Positions 1-5,048 of a stretch of 5,048 bases of DNA are shown in pieces; position 1 is the first letter of the stretch; every line of letters starts with the position of its first letter. A program made the translations under genes and the position numbers. This DNA is from Adineta steineri. Lineage: Eukaryota. The notes under the pieces were generated by a model that saw only the letters and a program-made list of their open reading frames with translations, was not told the DNA's origin and did not search any database. Where the stretch lies: contig CAJNON010000484.1 in assembly GCA_905250065.1 (NCBI GenBank), positions 65,655 to 70,702 of the forward strand, read 5' to 3'.

Positions 1-2
1 GC

Positions 3-818
3 CAATCTCATTCTTTCAATGGTGGTAATCGTTTGTATGAAATTTATCCGACAAGGGATTCAGGCTGGTATCTAAAATCCAATGAAAAACGATTTCCTTA
101 TGATCCAAGTAAAATCGAAAATATTATTCATCCTGATAATTATTCTCGATTGCAATCATTAGTTTTACCAAATGCTTCATCTAAATTGACACAGTTGATA
201 TTTCATGGTGAGTTTCCTCATTTAAAAGTCTGTCATCTTGGTAAATGCGAATCAATTATTTTTCCATGTTCAATAACAATACAATTACAAAATCTTCGTC
301 AATTAACAATACGAAGACAGCAAGGTCATGTATTAGAAAAGATATTATTGGTTTGTCCTTGTTTAGTATATCTAGATTTTTCATGTTATGATTCTATTCC
401 TGCATTTCATTTCATCAATCATTATTTTCCATCGATGAAATATCTTCGACTTGGTCGACTTAAAAACTTTTTCTTTCACAATGGACAATTCGTTTTTCTT
501 CTCTCACTCTTTCCAAATCTTTTACAATTTCATTTAATTGTTGATCAATGTCGTACTAAAGTTGAAACAATCAAAATTCAAGAAATTGCAAATTATTTAC
601 ATCGACAATGTCCATTACTGAAAATATTAGTTTTATGTATTTGTATGCAAGGACATATGCGTTGTTCTTCTTCTATCGGCCGTTTTAAAGAAATTACAGA
701 AATGCATTCTCTTTTCAACTATGTCGAAAAATGTGACTCACGTCTAACTATTACTTCACATGGTTTCATTCCACATAATGTTTATACGTATCGATATACT
801 CGTCCTTCTTGTAGATAA
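3..818 (+). CDS. 5'-truncated ORF, probable F-box / leucine-rich-repeat-like protein (C-terminal part)
   Basis: The frame is open from the left edge (Q S H S F N G G N R L Y E I Y P...) to TAA at 816-818. The supplied ORF start at 33 is a TTG codon shown as M, so it is not a real start. Repeated Leu/Cys motifs (FPHLKVCHLGKCESI, LQNLRQLTI, CPCLVYLDF, FPSMKYLRLGRL, CPLLKILVL) resemble LRR-like parts of rotifer F-box proteins. The F-box itself would be off-window. Confidence 0.6.
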   Translation, partial: QSHSFNGGNRLYEIYPTRDSGWYLKSNEKRFPYDPSKIENIIHPDNYSRLQSLVLPNASSKLTQLIFHGEFPHLKVCHLGKCESIIFPCSITIQLQNLRQLTIRRQQGHVLEKILLVCPCLVYLDFSCYDSIPAFHFINHYFPSMKYLRLGRLKNFFFHNGQFVFLLSLFPNLLQFHLIVDQCRTKVETIKIQEIANYLHRQCPLLKILVLCICMQGHMRCSSSIGRFKEITEMHSLFNYVEKCDSRLTITSHGFIPHNVYTYRYTRPSCR

Positions 819-890
819 TTATCTATTCGTTTTTGACTATTTCATTATATCATTTCATTTGTATCTTATATTCTTTTCTTATTCAATTAA

Positions 891-896
891 AATAAA
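891..896 (+). promoter_or_regulatory. Putative polyadenylation signal AATAAA of the upstream ORF
   Basis: Canonical AATAAA 73 nt after the stop at 816-818, same strand. Confidence 0.5.
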
Positions 897-903
897 CTTA
901 TAA

Positions 904-924
904 AACCATCCTGAGGATGGGTTT
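904..924. repeat. Small inverted repeat (AAACCATCC-TGA-GGATGGGTTT)
   Basis: CCATCC (906-911) pairs perfectly with GGATGG (915-920) across a TGA loop. Flanking AA/TT extends the stem after a one-base bulge. Confidence 0.5.
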
Positions 925-1064
925 CTGCTAAATAAATTTAACCCCGTACTTTTAAGTATACCGATATCTTTGAGATCAGTATTAGTGTAGTTCTTTTTGT
1001 TTTATCTTTTCAGCTGATGCATATCTGAGTATGAAAATAAAATGAATATATTGAAAACACATAA

Positions 1065-1196
1065 AGACGGATATTGTTATTTCCTATAAAATCGTTTATC
1101 GATGTTTATGAAAATGTGCGTGGTCGTGGTTTAGCTAATGTTTTGTATTGTGATAGTAACTGTGATGAGTATGTCCTTGAATTCATCTCGCAATAA
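1065..1196 (+). pseudogene. Short ORF resembling a fragment of a GNAT-type acetyltransferase (NATD1-like), possibly a relic
   Basis: Manual translation: RRILLFPIKSFIDVYENVRGRGLANVLYCDSNCDEYVLEFISQ*. VRGRGLA matches the R/Q-x-x-G-x-G/A acetyl-CoA loop of GNAT enzymes. There is no Met start and the fold would be incomplete. Confidence 0.2.
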
Positions 1197-1379
1197 CTAA
1201 TTTAAGAAAGCTTGCTTATATATTTGTCGATGATGAATAAATAAAAAATGGAAAAAAAGTAACTGTATGATGGCATATATGAAAATAAATAACTAAATAG
1301 GGTGTGGATGTTGGTAAATAAAAGATGAATTCGCACTCACGCTAACACGCTCAAATATTAAAAACGTTTGACATAGATT

Positions 1380-3104
1380 TCACAATTCTGTTTTAGAATG
1401 ATGTCCTTTTACTGAAGTCTCATATGAGTCGTTTTCGAAAAACTTAATTTTTAGTTCTAGGTCTTCTTTCCATCTTGTTAAACCTTTGTAAATATCATCA
1501 TCATGACTATTATGATAATTTTTTATGGTAATTGTTGCGTAATCTAATTGGGACTGTAACATATGCAAATAATTCTTTCTTAAGCCGATATTTTCGTATT
1601 CTTTGAGTAATTCAAATAAATCACGTTGTAATTGTTTGATTTCTTGCCTAATTATGTTCAGTTGTTTTGTTGTACTATCTAGAGCAATTTGAGCTCGTTC
1701 TTCATCGTTTTTAGCTAGATTAAAACTAGCTAATGATGCATCATCAATATAATGTTTTGTTTCATTTTTGGTAATCCATTGAGATTTAACATGATAATGA
1801 TCTTTATAGGAATGGCCACATACTTTACATACTAGGCCAGTAGAGTCCATAGCAGTACAGCCTTTGAATATATCATGACCGCGTTCAAGTGTCAATGGAA
1901 GATAACACTCTAAATGGCAATTGTGAAAACAACCTCCATGTGCGCACAATGTATTATGGTTAGTCGTTTTTTCTAATGAAGTTTTTTGAACAATTTCAGT
2001 TTTATTAAAATCCATAAATTTCAATTTTCGATCATTATATAATAATATTTCATTTTGAAAATCAGTTAATCGTTGATCGTCCTTGATTAATTGTTGATGT
2101 TTACTGGTTAATTCTAAATATTTTTGTTCAATCTTTTCTTTAAGATCATAAAGTTTTTGAAATTCGTTACTGGAAACCGGTTTAAATGATGAAATCGTTT
2201 TGTACATATCTATAATCGTTTGTGTTGTTTGCGCGAATGATCGTTCCAAACTGGCAACAATATCATCTTTGAATACGCGTTCTTGATTGAGTCGACTTTG
2301 AACATCATGTTTTTGCAATTTTTCCAGTTTGCATATAGGATTTTCTATGAGCCAATAATGTTTGACATCCGTTCGCACATATTCAGATAATGAACCAATT
2401 TTAAAATTCAAATTAAATATATCATCGACATTTGTAAAGACTACAACAATGTTATTTTGAACTGTACTCGGCATAATTACAAATATTTGCTCTAAGACAT
2501 ATTTTAATGTCGCAGTCATTCTCGCTTCTCTTCCATTGATGACTAATACAATACAGTGAATGTAGTTCAAATCTTTTATCGCAGCAACGATATTTTTAGT
2601 ATGATTCACATCAAAATCAGGTCCACGCGAATCGCCAAAACCAGGTGTATCGACGATTGTCAATGCATAATCACCAAATTTCGTCGGATATTGCTGACAA
2701 GCAGCAGTTTTGCTACTCATATTCTTTTCATCAGTTACCATTTCTAGTGTGATATTGTTGTATAATTGTAAATTGTGCATTGTTTGCTGATTGTTCTTTA
2801 GATCAACAATGCTATTAATATTCATTAACAAATTGAGCAATGCTGTTTTACCACTACCAGTTTGACCAATCAAGACGATATTGTACGGTGCGTGTTTATT
2901 AAACGAAAGTCCAGCTGCAAACTGGTCAATTTTTGCAGATCCCCATCGTTGGAGATTTACTATCGCTTCTTTCAGCTTGCCTGCTGTTTTTTTTATTGAA
3001 TCCCAAAATGATGCATCCGTGTTAACAACGAGATGAGCAAGCAGAACGTAAACTACAAATTTTACTGAAATAAACATCTGAAAAAGATTCACAAGAGACA
3101 ACAT
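1380..3104 (-). CDS. AIG1/GIMAP-type G-domain protein with Cys/His-rich insert; preferred start codon probably at 3077
   Basis: 574-aa uninterrupted ORF. G1 P-loop GQTGSGKT (2844..2867), G3 DTPGFGD (2631..2651), hydrophobic strand and FTNVDD G4-like motif, then coiled-coil-like Glu/Lys/Leu segments and a CAHGGCFHNCHLEC...CKVCGHSYKDHYH block. Stop at 1380..1382. A second Met at residue 10 (3075..3077) follows CTTTTTCAG and gives a cleaner signal peptide. Confidence 0.88.
   Translation of the reverse strand: MLSLVNLFQMFISVKFVVYVLLAHLVVNTDASFWDSIKKTAGKLKEAIVNLQRWGSAKIDQFAAGLSFNKHAPYNIVLIGQTGSGKTALLNLLMNINSIVDLKNNQQTMHNLQLYNNITLEMVTDEKNMSSKTAACQQYPTKFGDYALTIVDTPGFGDSRGPDFDVNHTKNIVAAIKDLNYIHCIVLVINGREARMTATLKYVLEQIFVIMPSTVQNNIVVVFTNVDDIFNLNFKIGSLSEYVRTDVKHYWLIENPICKLEKLQKHDVQSRLNQERVFKDDIVASLERSFAQTTQTIIDMYKTISSFKPVSSNEFQKLYDLKEKIEQKYLELTSKHQQLIKDDQRLTDFQNEILLYNDRKLKFMDFNKTEIVQKTSLEKTTNHNTLCAHGGCFHNCHLECYLPLTLERGHDIFKGCTAMDSTGLVCKVCGHSYKDHYHVKSQWITKNETKHYIDDASLASFNLAKNDEERAQIALDSTTKQLNIIRQEIKQLQRDLFELLKEYENIGLRKNYLHMLQSQLDYATITIKNYHNSHDDDIYKGLTRWKEDLELKIKFFENDSYETSVKGHHSKTEL
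1383..1394 (-). other. C-terminal KTEL, possible ER-retrieval tetrapeptide
   Basis: The last codons before TGA encode ...HHSKTEL. KTEL is a known KDEL-variant, for example in POGLUT1/KTELC1. Confidence 0.45.
1791..1946 (-). other. Cys/His-rich (possible zinc-binding) module within the AIG1-like protein
   Basis: Residues 387-438 C-x4-C-x3-C-H-x2-C ... C ... C-x2-C-x-H-x4-H-x-H spacing, located after the G domain and between coiled-coil-like segments. Confidence 0.5.
3012..3077 (-). other. Predicted N-terminal signal peptide of the AIG1-like protein
   Basis: Residues 10-31, MFISVKFVVYVLLAHLVVNTDA|SFWDS: short basic n-region, hydrophobic core, and a small residue at -1. Confidence 0.6.
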
Positions 3105-3172
3105 TTAAAAAAATTTCAAAACATCTCCAAACCACTTTTTCTTTTAGACAATAAATAGAGAAACAGCATGTT

Positions 3173-3245
3173 GAGGGTGTGGGTGCACAAAAATGAGATC
3201 CGCGTATCTACATCTACCCTCAGCCACATCCACAACTACATCCTC
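3173..3245. repeat. Telomere-like G-rich tract followed by a C-rich tract (imperfect inverted pair)
   Basis: GAGGGTGTGGGTG at 3173-3185, then CTACCCTCAGCCACATCCACAACTACATCCTC at about 3214-3245. Confidence 0.4.
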
Positions 3246-3853
3246 ATGATGGTGATTTAGCAACCGTCCTATCAATTATCGCATTTATGTTACTTACTGG
3301 TTAAACAAATTGATTGGTCGATAAAACAATCACAACAAATATCGATACACAATAAAAACAATGGTAAATCTAATAATTGTGAGTTATCTGCAACAAAAAT
3401 AAGTAAAAAGTATCTGAAGCCTTCATCAAATTGTGCCCTAACTAACCATATTGCATTCTCAATATGTTCTATTTTAAGCCAAGCACATATCAGTGGCCGA
3501 CACGAAAGTACTGAAATAGTCACACAGGATGGTAACATAAAAACTTGGCACCTCAAACTCTTTCCCATAACTATTTTGTTAGGGAAAAACAAAGAAATAT
3601 GTATCAGAAAGATGTACCCACATTCTCGTCTCAGTCTCTTTAACTTGTTTGTCATCTTCTTCATTGCAGGCATCATATTCGACGTAAGGAAAAATTAAAA
3701 TAAATAAAGCGAGCAAGAGATTATGTAAGTGGAAAATAAATACTGTCTGTTCCCGGCGAATCTATTTAAATGGAGAATATCAACGCAGAATTTTGTTCCG
3801 ATCGTCACACCCCGTCACTTCGGTTATGACTCTGTCACTCTATTATGAAATGT

Positions 3854-3869
3854 TTTATGCTAGCATAAA
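3854..3869. repeat. 16-bp perfect palindrome TTTATGCTAGCATAAA
   Basis: The sequence equals its own reverse complement. Confidence 0.85.
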
Positions 3870-3880
3870 GAATAGGAGAA

Positions 3881-3979
3881 GGGGTGGGGTGAGGTGTGGG
3901 TGTGGGTGTGGTTGTTTGTGGGTGTGGGTGTGATTAAGTGTCCTCTATCTTATTTACCTTTTCACTCACACCCACATCC
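3881..3979. repeat. Telomere-like (TGTGGG)n-related G-rich array with downstream inverted C-rich arm
   Basis: GGGGTGGGGTGAGGTGTGGGTGTGGGTGTGG...TGTGGGTGTGGGTGTGA, then CACTCACACCCACATCC. The 11-bp exact inverted repeat is TGTGGGTGTGA (3923-3933) / TCACACCCACA (3966-3976), with a 32-nt spacer. Confidence 0.65.
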
Positions 3980-4156
3980 TCAAGACTTGATTAAATCCAA
4001 GAATAATGAGACTATATTTAATGTTAACGTTAAAAAAGAAAGCAAAAAAAGAGATGTTGTGTCTCTGCATTACACCTACTTTATATTGTATGGTTTCTTC
4101 CATGTTTTATTGTTTGATTTGTTGCCTATGTATATAGAGGTGTAAGCCGATAGGGT

Positions 4157-4318
4157 CATCGGCGGCGGTGCAAAGTTTTAAAACGTGTTTTAAAATGTTC
4201 GGCGGCGCAGCTGTAACATTCTAAAGTAGCCAGCTGGCGGCGGCTCGAAAATTTTAAAATTTCGAATGCCATCGGCGGCGCGGCGGCTGTAACGAAAGTG
4301 TTTCAGCGGCTCGAAGTT
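4157..4318. repeat. Degenerate GC-rich mosaic repeat (CGGCGG modules alternating with TTTTAAAA palindromes)
   Basis: Repeated words: CATCGGCGGCG (4157-4167, 4270-4280), GCGGCTCGAA (4240-4249, 4306-4315), CTGTAAC (twice), and TTTTAAAA cores at 4176, 4188 and 4252. Confidence 0.6.
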
Positions 4319-4326
4319 TAAAAAAG

Positions 4327-4341
4327 TATTATATTATTATG
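4327..4341. repeat. (TAT/ATT)n trinucleotide microsatellite
   Basis: TATTATTATTATTAT directly after the GC-rich mosaic. Confidence 0.75.
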
Positions 4342-4589
4342 AGAAAATAAAAACTTGTTGTAACGGAAAATAGGGTTGGATTTAAGTTTATATAAAAACT
4401 TCCTTATTTAAGGTTACTTGTATAATCTTATTTATTTAAAGCAAATAATAAACGATAAATATATATATAATAAAACACAAATTGAGACACATAAAACCAA
4501 ACACACGTATAAATGTATTAGGAATATTCACGATGTTGATCCACTTGGTTGTTCGGGGAAAAGTGTCTGTCTAACTACTCTTTTGCTCG

Positions 4590-4795
4590 TCCTTTTATAT
4601 CCTCGCTTCCCCTCACGCTTTATATAAGATAGAAGGTCTATGTTTACTGTTATTACAAGCAAGGATTAATATTTCTATGGTTTTGCCTTCTCATTTTATA
4701 AGATAGAAGGTCTAAGCCTATTGTCATTACACACAAGGATAGACAATTTTATATCTTCACCTTCTTCTATTCTTATATAAGATAGAAGGCCGAGG
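4590..4795. repeat. Degenerate tandem repeat, about 75-79 bp unit, three copies of the core TATAAGATAGAAGG
   Basis: Core at 4623-4636, 4697-4710 and 4776-4789 (spacings 74 and 79). Each is followed by G[TC]C-type sequence (GGTCTATG, GGTCTAAG, GGCCGAGG) and preceded by a pyrimidine-rich tract (CCTCGCTTCCCCTC, GCCTTCTCA, CTTCACCTTCTTC). Confidence 0.7.
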
Positions 4796-5048
4796 TCTGT
4801 TTCTATTATGATTACCTTTAGAGCCAAGGCTTATCTCAAAATGAAGTAACGTAGATATGTGAATAGGAAGGAATATAGCCTATTGGCACAAGTATATTCT
4901 CTCGATTCTAAAGATAGATCTACACTTTTTGAAATTAATTTGTAACTTTCTGTTTAGTTATACGAGTAAATTTTTCTTCACACAGTCGTACTCTGTCACG
5001 TCGCTAACGCCAGATGAGCGCTAATTATTGTAAAATCTAAGCGTAATG

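Noticed and set aside
2556-2747. 63-aa + strand ORF
   Set aside because: It lies fully antisense within the conserved GTPase domain and has no recognisable motif. It is most simply a shadow ORF.
3078-3104. Fusion of the upstream - strand ORF (3290..3676) to the GTPase by splicing 3297 to 3078
   Set aside because: The donor falls after the first base of a codon (phase 1), while the acceptor precedes an in-frame ATG (phase 0). A coding fusion would leave the GTPase frame, so only a 5' UTR intron remains plausible.
3290-3676. 128-aa - strand ORF (hydrophobic, MMPAMKKMTNKLK...)
   Set aside because: Composition looks like translated AT-rich non-coding DNA and no motif is recognised. It ends at the GTAAGT donor-like site, but that phase does not join to the GTPase frame.
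3173-3979. CRISPR-like or bacterial repeat array
   Set aside because: Repeats are short G-rich microsatellite-like words without uniform spacers, and the context is eukaryotic. There are no cas genes.
3894-4145. 83-aa + strand ORF starting MWVWVWLFVGVGV
   Set aside because: The start is translated telomere-like GTGTGG repeat. The apparent protein is an artefact of the array and its C-rich arm.
4245-4265. Rho-independent terminator
   Set aside because: The TCGAAA...TTTCGA palindrome is AT-rich, lacks a GC stem plus U-tract, and the genome appears eukaryotic.
4418-4627. 69-aa + strand ORF
   Set aside because: It begins at TTG, crosses AT-rich low-complexity sequence and ends inside a tandem repeat unit. 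No domain is recognised.

Overview
This is an AT-rich eukaryotic window. Protein style and TGTGGG-like interstitial tracts suggest a bdelloid rotifer, but that is inference. Two protein-coding regions can be supported. (1) A 5'-truncated + strand ORF (3..818, open to the left edge) resembles the leucine-rich-repeat part of rotifer F-box proteins and has an AATAAA about 70 nt past its stop. (2) A long intronless - strand ORF (1380..3104, 574 aa) is a clear AIG1/GIMAP-type GTPase (GQTGSGKT, DTPGFGD). It carries an unusual Cys/His-rich insert, coiled-coil-like segments, a probable N-terminal signal peptide and a C-terminal KTEL. Together these predict an ER-lumenal AIG1 GTPase, which is the most interesting candidate here. 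The rest is accessory-like, non-coding DNA. It contains two telomere-like G-rich/C-rich inverted pairs, a 16-bp perfect palindrome, a GC-rich CGGCGG/TTTTAAAA mosaic, a degenerate ~75-79 bp tandem repeat with TATATAAGATAGAAGG cores, and a possible GNAT-like acetyltransferase relic (1065..1196).
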